From assembly GCA_045593305.1 (NCBI GenBank), contig JAZNWI010000181.1, positions 8,831 to 72,830 of the forward strand: 64,000 nucleotides of DNA. The letters run 5' to 3'. A program made the translations under genes and the position numbers. Below are positions 55,840-64,000 of this stretch, one piece after another; the stretch's first letter is position 1, and each line of letters starts with the position of its first letter. The stretch is from Clostridia bacterium (GTDB taxonomy: Bacteria > Bacillota > Clostridia > UBA1381). The notes beneath the pieces are model-generated. The model saw nothing but the letters and a program-made list of their open reading frames with translations. It did not search any database and was not told where the DNA came from.

Positions 55840-57861
55840 ATGGTTTTTTATAAGATTGAAGCAGCTATTGATGATGTTGAAAATAATGTTGATTTGAAGG
55901 ATAGGAAATCTATGAAAACATTGGCAGATGAGCTTTGTGAAAAAAGTGAATCTTTTTATCAAAAAAGTAAGCAACAGAATTTTGTTTTTGCAGTGGGAGT
56001 CAGAAATGAAAAAATTACTTTTGGAATGATTCTCAGAACCAATGGCGACATAGATAATATTTTTGCAAAATTCGAGAAAATATTACCATTTGAATTAAAG
56101 AAGGTTTTGTTTGAAGAAATTACTTTCAGAGCATTTCATTCTATGCTTAACAGTGCTGTGCGTAATGATTTTGTTTATGATAATGATGATGTTTTAGATG
56201 CATTCGGAATAAGCGGGATTGGTGATAGGTATTGCCATATCCCTTATGGTGAAGCGGTAATTGAAGATAATGTTAATTCAGAAAAAATGTTTCAGTTTGC
56301 AGATGAAAATCTGTTCAGAGAAACTCTGAGACCTGAACTTGAAAGAATATACATAAAAAACACCTGCAATGTATTTAAAGGTCATCCGGTGCATTACATA
56401 ATAAGAAGCGATGAACGGGAATTGAAAAAAGAGATATATCGCACCTTGCTTGCGGCGCTTTATGATAACGGACGAATACAGAATAAGAGATATTGTTTCG
56501 TGGACTATGATAATAAATGCCGGGTTCCCGGTCAAAGTTTTGAGGCTCTTTATAAAAGCTGCGAGGGCGGAGCAATGATAATTCGTTATGGTAATGAAAC
56601 AGATAATGATGGTGAATATGCAAGGCGTGATGAAGAGGTTATTTCAGCTTTGTGTGAAACGGCGGTGAAGTATAAAAACAAGGTTCTGACAATAATTTGC
56701 CTTCCTTGTGCCGGCACCAAAGTAAAGGAAATGTTTTTAATGAATTTCGGTGTAACTTCCTTTGTGGAAATTTTTGAGGATGTAGTCCATAAGAAACAGG
56801 CGCAGGAGTATCTCAGAAACAAGGCGAAGCAATTGAAAATAAGAAGTGACAAAAAGTTGATAGATTTATCTGACGATAATGATAAATGTTATACCGTAAC
56901 CGAACTTAATCGTATTTTTGATGAATGGCATGATAAAAAACTTCGTAACACAATTTTTCCTCAATACAAGCAAGCGCAAACAACGAAAGTTAAACTAAAT
57001 AAAGAAGAACCCAAGGGGAGTGCTTATGAAAAACTGCAAAAACTTATTGGTTTGAGTGAAGCCAAAAAGGTTATGAACCAAGCCCTTAATTTTTATAAAG
57101 CACAGAAAATATTTGAAGATAGAGGTTACTCAAAGGACCGTCCTGCTATGCATATGGTATTCACAGGCAATCCGGGAACTGCAAAAACAACTGTGGCAAG
57201 GCTTTTTGCGCAGATTATGAAAGAAAATGGACTTTTGTCAAAAGGTGATTTGTATGAAGTGGGCAGAGGAGATATCGTTGGAAAATATGTCGGCTCCACA
57301 GCACCTTTAGTACAAAAGTTATTCAGAGAAGCCAAAGGCAGTGTTTTGTTTATTGATGAGGCGTATTCTCTTGTTGATGACAGAGATGGGCTTTACGGTG
57401 ACGAAGCAATAAATACCATAGTTCAGGAGATGGAAAATAATCGTGAAGATACCGTTGTTATTTTTGCAGGGTATCCTGATAAAATGAACGGCTTTTTAGA
57501 CAAAAATCCCGGACTTCGCTCACGTATTGCTTTCCATATACCTTTTGAAGATTATAATTCAAAAGAGCTTTGCGATATCGCAAAGTTGATTGCCGCAAAT
57601 AAAGGTTTAGAGTTAACTGAAGAAGCAACAGAAAAATTAGAAACAGTTTTTGAATCTGCGATATTAAGCCCTGATTTTGGTAACGGCAGATACGCAAGAA
57701 ATATCATAGAAAAGGCTAAAATATCACAAGCCAACAGACTTGTTTCTATGGATTTAGATAAGATTGCGGATGAAGATATCACTACACTTCGTGCGGAAGA
57801 TATAGAAGAACCTTTTACAACCAAAACAGAAGAAAATATCAAAATAGGCTTTGCCATATAA
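55840..57861 (+). CDS. CbbX/SpoVK-type AAA+ ATPase with ~430-aa N-terminal region containing a P-loop-less AAA-like segment
   Basis: GGGAGG RBS. Walker A GNPGTAKT. Walker B VLFIDEAYSL. GYVGSTAPLVQKLF is typical of the CbbX/SpoVK clade. N-terminal segment KGHPVHYIIRSDE...GGAMIIRYGN. Confidence 0.85.
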   Translation: MVFYKIEAAIDDVENNVDLKDRKSMKTLADELCEKSESFYQKSKQQNFVFAVGVRNEKITFGMILRTNGDIDNIFAKFEKILPFELKKVLFEEITFRAFHSMLNSAVRNDFVYDNDDVLDAFGISGIGDRYCHIPYGEAVIEDNVNSEKMFQFADENLFRETLRPELERIYIKNTCNVFKGHPVHYIIRSDERELKKEIYRTLLAALYDNGRIQNKRYCFVDYDNKCRVPGQSFEALYKSCEGGAMIIRYGNETDNDGEYARRDEEVISALCETAVKYKNKVLTIICLPCAGTKVKEMFLMNFGVTSFVEIFEDVVHKKQAQEYLRNKAKQLKIRSDKKLIDLSDDNDKCYTVTELNRIFDEWHDKKLRNTIFPQYKQAQTTKVKLNKEEPKGSAYEKLQKLIGLSEAKKVMNQALNFYKAQKIFEDRGYSKDRPAMHMVFTGNPGTAKTTVARLFAQIMKENGLLSKGDLYEVGRGDIVGKYVGSTAPLVQKLFREAKGSVLFIDEAYSLVDDRDGLYGDEAINTIVQEMENNREDTVVIFAGYPDKMNGFLDKNPGLRSRIAFHIPFEDYNSKELCDIAKLIAANKGLELTEEATEKLETVFESAILSPDFGNGRYARNIIEKAKISQANRLVSMDLDKIADEDITTLRAEDIEEPFTTKTEENIKIGFAI

Positions 57862-57875
57862 AAAGGAGAATAGAT

Positions 57876-58634
57876 ATGGATAAATTACCAATTATGTACA
57901 ATGACTATCAAATGAATAAAATTCAAAAGTTTATAGATAAAAACTTTGGTCGGGGTAGCGGATTTCTGTATCATGAAATTTATAGCGAATATGTTCATAC
58001 AGATGTATATGTTGCTGTTAATGAAGACGGCGTAAAAAATTTGGTTACATTCGGAATGAGTGCTCGCGAAATGTGTCCGGCAGTAATTGGATTTGGAAGT
58101 ATAGAGTTTGTTATGAAGCTATCAAAAGAAATTGATGCTAAAAGCAAAGAGGCGTGTGTCGTAACAGGTGAATTACAAAGTTTAAGTAAATTTCCTTTCA
58201 GAGAAAACACTTGTTTGGGTCCCGGGCACACGATTAATGTTTCAAAACAATTTAAAGACACATTCGGTTATGATTATGTGGTTTTTTATGACTCGGGCTT
58301 AACATTCAAAATGTCAAAATCAAAAGAAGTTAAGTTTTTATTGGCTGTTCCTGTTTACAAGGAGGAAAGGGAATGGATGGTAGAAAACGACAGTTTCTTA
58401 TTTTTGGATGAATTGCTTGATGAATATGGCGAAAATGTCTTTAAGGTTGACTTTCGAAGAGATGTTTTGATACCGAATTATACAATCGACCCCGAAGAGT
58501 TAAGTCTTATGAGAGTTCTTGGAATTGATTCGGAAACATTAAGCTGTCTGAGTGACTATCTGAGTCAAATGGAAGAACAAGGTGCAGAAATAACATATGA
58601 AATGATAGCTAAATGGATTGAAGAAAATAAATAA
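57876..58634 (+). CDS. SUFU-like (suppressor-of-fused family) protein
   Basis: GFLYHEIYSEYVHTDVYV...NLVTFGMSAREM matches the bacterial SUFU pattern (HE...D.hiDV...lvT.GmS..M). 252 aa. Confidence 0.55.
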   Translation: MDKLPIMYNDYQMNKIQKFIDKNFGRGSGFLYHEIYSEYVHTDVYVAVNEDGVKNLVTFGMSAREMCPAVIGFGSIEFVMKLSKEIDAKSKEACVVTGELQSLSKFPFRENTCLGPGHTINVSKQFKDTFGYDYVVFYDSGLTFKMSKSKEVKFLLAVPVYKEEREWMVENDSFLFLDELLDEYGENVFKVDFRRDVLIPNYTIDPEELSLMRVLGIDSETLSCLSDYLSQMEEQGAEITYEMIAKWIEENK

Positions 58635-58639
58635 GAAAA

Positions 58640-58674
58640 CGAGTCTTTCGAAGTTTCGGAAGACTCGCTTTTGT
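58640..58674 (+). terminator. Rho-independent terminator after the AAA-SUFU operon
   Basis: CGAGTCTTTCGAA / TTCGGAAGACTCG stem followed by CTTTTGTG. Confidence 0.85.
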
Positions 58675-58707
58675 GTACCGAAATTGGTTCGCAAGAATTG
58701 CTATACT
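58669..58707 (+). promoter_or_regulatory. Second copy of the cassette: TTTTGTGTACC, N8, GTTCGC, then TATACT
   Basis: GTGTAC at 58673 and TATACT at 58702, the same 29-nt offset as at 55773/55802. The right half-site is degenerate. Confidence 0.45.
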
Positions 58708-58770
58708 ATCGTTGTGAATTGAGTTTGCCCCTCATTATACATTTTTATTTGCAATAAAAGGAGTTTTTTT

Positions 58771-61700
58771 ATGTCAAAGAAAAAAGATGTTAATGCTGTT
58801 GAAGTAGCGAATGAAAAACGAAAAATTCTATTTAACTTTTATGACAGTATCAAAAAAGGCGGTGCAGTTTTTTCTAATGAAGATTTTGAGATAGCAATAG
58901 AATCTTTAAAGTATGCACAATTAGACATAAGAGAGCAGGAGAAAAGAGCCAGGGAGGAGAGAGAGGCAGAGCTGCTTAAAAAGAAAATGGAAGAAGAGGA
59001 AACCAGAAGAAAAGCGGCAGAAATCAGAGCGGCACGAAGAGCTGAACGCAAACGCAGAGAACGTGCGGAGCAAATCAGCGCAATGGAATTGCCAATGGAT
59101 TTCGTTAACTCTTTTGAAGATGATGCACGCGCCAATATTCATTGCGACAGTATATCCGATGCATTATTTGTTTCTATTGATTCTTTAGGGCTTGTTGATA
59201 TTGAGTTTATTGCTTCAATTACAGGGGAAGAAATGAAAACTGTAATCGAAACATTAAAAGGTTCAATTTATCAGAATCCGCTTCATTGGGAGGAATGCTT
59301 TTATAAAGGTTGGGAAACAGCAGAAGAATATCTTTCGGGAAATCTTATGCATAAATATCAATTAGCTATGGAAGCAAATACTGAATACCCCGGTTGTTTT
59401 GATGATAATATAAAAGCTTTGTTGGAGGTTATGAACCCTGAACTTACCACAGACGAGATTTATATAACATTGGGCTCTCCCTGGGTGCCTACAGATATTA
59501 TAGATGACTTTATTATGCATTTAATAGGCTACGAAAAGTATGGAGGGGAGTACCCGAAGGAAGTAGAATCATTTATTACTAAAGAAAATGCTGTGCGCCA
59601 CGATGAAATTACAGGTATCTGGGAAATACCCAATAAAACAAGGTTCAGAAAAAGTAAGGAGCATGGTAAATACGAGGAGATAAATTATTCTACATACGGA
59701 ACCAAAAGAATGGACATGCTTTACCTTTTGGAAAATATTCTTAATATGAAAACTCTGGCAATTTTTGACACCACCGACCCTAATAGCAAAACAAGAATTC
59801 TTAATCAGAATGAAACAGTAAAAATTTTGGAAAAGCAAGATAAGATGGTTCAGGAATTTCAGAAATGGGTATGGGAAGACGAGGAACGGAAAAGAAGATT
59901 GAGCGGAGCATATCACCGTAAATACGGCAGCATTAAAAAACGTGTTTTTGACGGTTCGTTTTTAGAATTTCCTGATATGAATCCCGAAATTGAACTGCGC
60001 CCACACCAAAAAAATTCGGTGGCAAGAATTATTTTTTCTCCCAATACATTGTTAGCTCATGATGTAGGCGCAGGAAAAACTTATACAATGATCGCTGCGG
60101 GTATGGAGTTGAAAAGGCTTGGAAAATCACAAAAGAATTTATATGTAATTCCCAATAATATTTTGCCCCAATGGGTTGAAATGTTCAAAAAAATGTACCC
60201 TGACGCAAATTTACTTGTTGTCAACAATAAAAACTTCAACTCGAAAAAACGAAATGAAACCTTAAACAGAATAATGGAGGAGGATTTCGATGCAATTCTT
60301 ATGGCATACAGCTCCTTTGATTTATTATCTCTTTCTAAAAAATATTATCAGGATATGTATGAAGAACAACTGTCTTTGTTGGATAAAGCATCCACAAGCT
60401 TTGAAGGTAAGGTGGTTTCAAGAAAACGCGAGAGCGTTGTGAAAACACTTGATAAATTACAAGATAATATGGTTTCAAATGTTTGTGAAGTGGCTTTTGA
60501 TGAGTTGGGTATTAACACCCTTTTTGTTGATGAAGCGCACAACTATAAAAATGTTTCATTGGATTCGGCTATCTCAAGGGTAAGAGGTATATCGAAAAGC
60601 GGTTCAAGAAAATGCGATGCGTTGATGGATAAGGTTCATTGCGTTCAACGCCAGAATAACGGCGGCAGAGTAATTCTTGCAACGGGAACGCCCATTACAA
60701 ACTCTATCAGCGATATTTTTATTATGCAAAAATATCTGCAAGATGGCGAATTGGAATTTTTAGGAATTCAGAATTTCGATTCATGGGTTGGTATGTTCGG
60801 AAAAAAGACTACAGAATTTGAAATTGATGTTGATACAAATTCATATCATCTTGCCACCCGTTTTTCAAAATTCTATAACGTTCCCGAGCTTACTGCGATT
60901 CTTTCGTCAATAGCTGATTTTTATCATATTGACCAATCTGTCGGGATACCTGAATTTGATGGCTACACTGATTCAGTTCGTGTGGGTAGCGATGATTTCA
61001 AAGTGTTTTTGAAGGATATATCCAAAAGAGCAGATGATGTAAGAAAAAAACGCGTCAAACCTAAAGACGATAATTTGCTGAAAATTACAACCGATGGCAG
61101 AAAAGCGGCTCTTGATATGAGGCTTATTGATATGGTTTATGGTCTGGATTTCGATTCAAAGGTTTTCAGATGTGCAGAAAATATTATGGAAATATACAAT
61201 AAAACCCGTGACGAAAAACTTATACAAATGGTTTTCTGTGATACATCTACACCGAAAAATTCCTTTAATTTATATGACGAACTAAAAACTATATTGAAAG
61301 CTATGGGTATGCCCGAAAATGAAATAGCTTTTATACACGAGGCAGATACCGAGGTGAAGAAGAAACTACTTTTCAGAGATTTGAGAAATGGGATTAAATC
61401 CGTTGTTATCGGTTCAACATTTAAAATGGGTTTGGGTGTAAATGTTCAGAAAAGACTTTGCGCGTTGCATCATCTCGATGTTCCGTGGCGGCCTGCAGAT
61501 ATGGTGCAACGAGAAGGAAGAATTCTAAGACAGGGGAATAAATGCGAAGCGGTACAGATTTTCAGGTATATTACCCGTGGAAGCTTTGACGCTTATTCCT
61601 GGCAGTTGCTTGAAGCAAAACAAAAATTTATAAGTCAGATTTTGTCAGGACATGTTGTTGTTCGTGAGGGCGACGATGTTGACGAAAGTGTGTTGACTTA

Positions 61701-62391
61701 TGCAGAGGTTAAGGCATTGGCGGTAGGTAATCCTCTTATTAAAAAGCGCGTTGAAATTATAAATGAATTAGATAAATACAGAATACTTCAGCGCGATTAT
61801 ACCGAGTCCCGTTATTTGAAACAAAAGACATTAGCAGAGATTCCCGAAAAGATAGAACAACAAAAGGAACGAATCGCAAACACGCAGCTTGATATGGAGT
61901 TTTATGCAGCGCATGGAAATGATTATGAAGATATGAGTTACGAAGAACAAAAGGCTATAAGAGATGCAATATTTTCTGCGGTAAAAACTCATATTAACCA
62001 AAGCTATGAAAAGAAAATTCTGAATTATCAGGGCTTTGACGTGGTTGTTCCTGCACGTATGCAGCCAAAAGTAGTGAAAAGCAAAAATAAGGCAGAAGAT
62101 GGCTCGGCAACTGAAAAAGAGAGGATTCCTTATGTTTTTGTTAAACGAAAAGGCGTTTATTATATGGAAATTGAGAGCGTCGCGGGTATAACGAAACGTT
62201 TGAATAATTTGCTTGATAACCTTGCACAGACGAAACAAAGGCAAGAGGATGCGCTGGAAGACTTGTATTGTCAAAAGGCGGCAATTGAAGAAGAGCTTAA
62301 AACCAACACACAAAGCTATGAATTAGAAATCGAAAGCTTAAAAGCAGAGCTTGAAAAAATTGATGAAGAATTAGGAGTGGCAGCAGCATGA
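58771..62391 (+). CDS. SNF2-family helicase with charged coiled-coil N-terminus and coiled-coil C-terminus (no methyltransferase domain seen)
   Basis: Motif I DVGAGKTYT. Motif II FVDEAHNYKN. Helicase-C motif VPWRPADMVQREGRILRQGN. N-terminal WETAEEYLSGNL / GSPWVP region. 1206 aa. Confidence 0.9.
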   Translation: MSKKKDVNAVEVANEKRKILFNFYDSIKKGGAVFSNEDFEIAIESLKYAQLDIREQEKRAREEREAELLKKKMEEEETRRKAAEIRAARRAERKRRERAEQISAMELPMDFVNSFEDDARANIHCDSISDALFVSIDSLGLVDIEFIASITGEEMKTVIETLKGSIYQNPLHWEECFYKGWETAEEYLSGNLMHKYQLAMEANTEYPGCFDDNIKALLEVMNPELTTDEIYITLGSPWVPTDIIDDFIMHLIGYEKYGGEYPKEVESFITKENAVRHDEITGIWEIPNKTRFRKSKEHGKYEEINYSTYGTKRMDMLYLLENILNMKTLAIFDTTDPNSKTRILNQNETVKILEKQDKMVQEFQKWVWEDEERKRRLSGAYHRKYGSIKKRVFDGSFLEFPDMNPEIELRPHQKNSVARIIFSPNTLLAHDVGAGKTYTMIAAGMELKRLGKSQKNLYVIPNNILPQWVEMFKKMYPDANLLVVNNKNFNSKKRNETLNRIMEEDFDAILMAYSSFDLLSLSKKYYQDMYEEQLSLLDKASTSFEGKVVSRKRESVVKTLDKLQDNMVSNVCEVAFDELGINTLFVDEAHNYKNVSLDSAISRVRGISKSGSRKCDALMDKVHCVQRQNNGGRVILATGTPITNSISDIFIMQKYLQDGELEFLGIQNFDSWVGMFGKKTTEFEIDVDTNSYHLATRFSKFYNVPELTAILSSIADFYHIDQSVGIPEFDGYTDSVRVGSDDFKVFLKDISKRADDVRKKRVKPKDDNLLKITTDGRKAALDMRLIDMVYGLDFDSKVFRCAENIMEIYNKTRDEKLIQMVFCDTSTPKNSFNLYDELKTILKAMGMPENEIAFIHEADTEVKKKLLFRDLRNGIKSVVIGSTFKMGLGVNVQKRLCALHHLDVPWRPADMVQREGRILRQGNKCEAVQIFRYITRGSFDAYSWQLLEAKQKFISQILSGHVVVREGDDVDESVLTYAEVKALAVGNPLIKKRVEIINELDKYRILQRDYTESRYLKQKTLAEIPEKIEQQKERIANTQLDMEFYAAHGNDYEDMSYEEQKAIRDAIFSAVKTHINQSYEKKILNYQGFDVVVPARMQPKVVKSKNKAEDGSATEKERIPYVFVKRKGVYYMEIESVAGITKRLNNLLDNLAQTKQRQEDALEDLYCQKAAIEEELKTNTQSYELEIESLKAELEKIDEELGVAAA

Positions 62392-63497
62392 GTTCAACAA
62401 ATATAAATATGCCGGTATTATCCGTAGAAAAAACCATAAAAACATTATCGGAATCTTATTGTGAAGTTATAAAAAAAGATTTGCCTATGAAAATACTACC
62501 TTCTGTTATGCTTTGGGGACCTCCCGGTGTAGGTAAATCTCAGGCAATAAGGCAGATTGCCAAAAACATTGAGTCGCAAACAAGAAAAAGGGTTGAAGTT
62601 ACAGATGTCAGACTGCTTCTTTTTAATCCTATTGACCTTCGAGGAATACCTACTGCAAACGCAGATAAAACCTTGGCAATATGGTTGAAACCGCAAATAT
62701 TTCAGATGAGCGACAGCGAAGATGTTATCAATATACTTTTTCTTGATGAGATTTCTGCAGCACCTCAGTCGGTGCAGGCTGCGGCTTATCAGATAACTCT
62801 TGACAGAGTTGTTGGTGAGCATAAATTGCCGGATAACTGCATTGTAGTTGCTGCAGGTAACCGAGTTACAGATAAATCCGTTTCTTTTAAAATGCCTAAA
62901 GCTCTTGCAAACCGTTTGTTACATATTGAAATTGAGGGTAGCTTCGATTCCTGGCTTAATTGGGCTATGAAATCAGGTGTAAACGAAAAAGTTATCGGTT
63001 ATTTATCTTATCGGACAGACAGGCTTTTCGGTTTTGATGCGCAAAATGATGATCTTGCTTTCGCCACGCCCCGTTCATGGGAAATGGTAAGTAATTTGCT
63101 TAATAATGTTTCAGATAATGTTGTAAAAATATACCCGTTAATAGCGGGTCTTGTGGGTAATGGTGTTGCTTATGAATTCAGATCCTGGTGCAAGATGACT
63201 GATTTGCCCAAAGTGGAAGATATTTTTAACGGAAAGGAAAAAAACTTGCCTGAAACCGGCGATGCTTTGTATGCGGTAGTAGCTTCCATGGTGTCTTATG
63301 CCAGAGATTGTAAATATGATTTAGACAAAATGGGACATTCTCTCAGGTACGCTTATAATATGCCTGCTGATTATGTAGCGTTTTTATTGAAAAATTATGA
63401 AACTTTTTCAGATGATTATAAAAATACTTTATTACAGATTCCCGAATATATAAAACTTGCGGGAAAGAATGGTGTTGTTCGCAATGGCTCAGTTTGA
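62388..63497 (+). CDS. MoxR-like AAA+ ATPase (AAA_5 type)
   Basis: Walker A GPPGVGKS. Walker B ILFLDEIS. VVAAGNR. Start overlaps the SNF2 stop. Confidence 0.85.
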   Translation: MSSTNINMPVLSVEKTIKTLSESYCEVIKKDLPMKILPSVMLWGPPGVGKSQAIRQIAKNIESQTRKRVEVTDVRLLLFNPIDLRGIPTANADKTLAIWLKPQIFQMSDSEDVINILFLDEISAAPQSVQAAAYQITLDRVVGEHKLPDNCIVVAAGNRVTDKSVSFKMPKALANRLLHIEIEGSFDSWLNWAMKSGVNEKVIGYLSYRTDRLFGFDAQNDDLAFATPRSWEMVSNLLNNVSDNVVKIYPLIAGLVGNGVAYEFRSWCKMTDLPKVEDIFNGKEKNLPETGDALYAVVASMVSYARDCKYDLDKMGHSLRYAYNMPADYVAFLLKNYETFSDDYKNTLLQIPEYIKLAGKNGVVRNGSV

Positions 63498-64000
63498 TAA
63501 GCAAACCTTAGATATTGTTAAGAGATTGCAAAGCGCAAGACTCTCTCTTTTATCAAAACAACCTTTTTACGCTTTGCTTTTGATGAATATGAAATTTGCT
63601 TTAGATATAACCTGCAAAACCGCTTACACAGACGGAACAAGAATAGCATTTAACCCTGACTTTATAAATATGTTAAGCGATAGCGAATTGGAGTTTGTTT
63701 TAATGCACGAGGTTTTGCACGTTGCGTTAGGTCACCCTTTTAGATTTCAGGCTGATTATGATTTGGAAGCGTATGATTTAGCATGTGATATTGTGGTTAA
63801 TTCCAATATATTGAAAAGCTTCGGTATGGACCGCAGGAAAATCACTTTGAAAGAATACGGTGAATTAATTCATATTGCGCCGGATGGAACAGAAGGCTAT
63901 GAATATACGGTTGAGCAGGTTTATATACAGATACTTAAAAAAAGAAAAAAGGAAAAAGATAGTGATTCAGCGAATGATGAAGGTGAGCCCCAAGATGATC
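63484..64000 (+). CDS. DUF2201-type putative metallopeptidase / VWA-like protein, N-terminal part (runs off window)
   Basis: ATG 63484 overlaps the MoxR stop. KQPFYALLLMNMKF...TDGTRIAFNP...LMHEVLHVALGH (HExxH). Frame is open to position 64000. Confidence 0.8.
   Translation, partial: MAQFDKQTLDIVKRLQSARLSLLSKQPFYALLLMNMKFALDITCKTAYTDGTRIAFNPDFINMLSDSELEFVLMHEVLHVALGHPFRFQADYDLEAYDLACDIVVNSNILKSFGMDRRKITLKEYGELIHIAPDGTEGYEYTVEQVYIQILKKRKKEKDSDSANDEGEPQDD

Noticed and set aside
53600-64000. Calling the right-hand block a bounded mobile element (prophage or ICE)
   Set aside because: No integrase, recombinase, relaxase, capsid or terminase gene, tRNA target or flanking direct repeats are visible within the window. 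Only the left junction is seen. The idea is kept as an alternative hypothesis, not annotated as a mobile_element feature.
1-64000. Scan for rRNA, tRNA, tmRNA, CRISPR arrays and IS elements
   Set aside because: No cloverleaf-like GC-rich ~75-nt segments, no repeat-spacer arrays and no transposase-like ORFs or terminal inverted repeats were recognised by eye. Intergenic regions are short and are explained by terminators and promoters, apart from those listed in the findings. This is a by-eye scan, so absence is not proven.

Overview
This 64-kb window looks like a low-GC Clostridia chromosome. A dockerin-tagged protease, an adhE-HydS-HydA hydrogenase operon and many signal-peptide-less glycoside hydrolases suggest Ruminococcus/Oscillospiraceae, but taxonomy is inference only. 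All calls come from reading the sequence and ORF translations by eye; no searches were run.

The window splits into three blocks.

(1) 1-13.6 kb is the distal half of a type VIIb secretion (T7SSb) locus. It holds the 3' part of essC, a YukD/EsaB-like gene, esxA, and several more W-x-[G/S] helical-hairpin proteins. It also holds a WXG/LXG-headed membrane-active effector candidate with two DUF4176-like genes, and a WXG-CHAP amidase fusion. Directly attached are two tandemly duplicated Hanks Ser/Thr kinases, each with its own in-frame 93-bp or 96-bp repeat array, and a PP2C phosphatase.

(2) 13.7-53.6 kb is mostly housekeeping or niche metabolism.
- Glycoside hydrolases: GH29, GH5, GH27, GH92, GH3 and a BNR/sialidase-like gene.
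- An ABC exporter with a LytTR/DUF3021 regulatory pair.
- Two paralogous ECF-like sigma factors with long fused C-terminal domains.
- A secreted C1 protease with a dockerin-like tail, and a rhomboid protease.
- Crp/Fnr and LysR regulators.
- An about 8.3-kb adhE / kinase-like / 2x[2Fe-2S] / HydS / SpoIIE-phosphatase / [FeFe]-hydrogenase operon preceded by a Rex-like box.

(3) 53.6-64 kb is an accessory island, and it is the best candidate for an undescribed system. A WYL-domain regulator is transcribed divergently from a UDG-superfamily-like gene. Two operons follow, and they share one terminator/promoter/operator cassette. The first encodes a CbbX/SpoVK-type AAA+ protein plus a SUFU-like protein. 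The second encodes a SNF2 helicase, a MoxR-type AAA+ protein and a DUF2201/VWA-type metallopeptidase that runs off the window.

I saw no rRNA, tRNA, CRISPR array, integrase or transposase.
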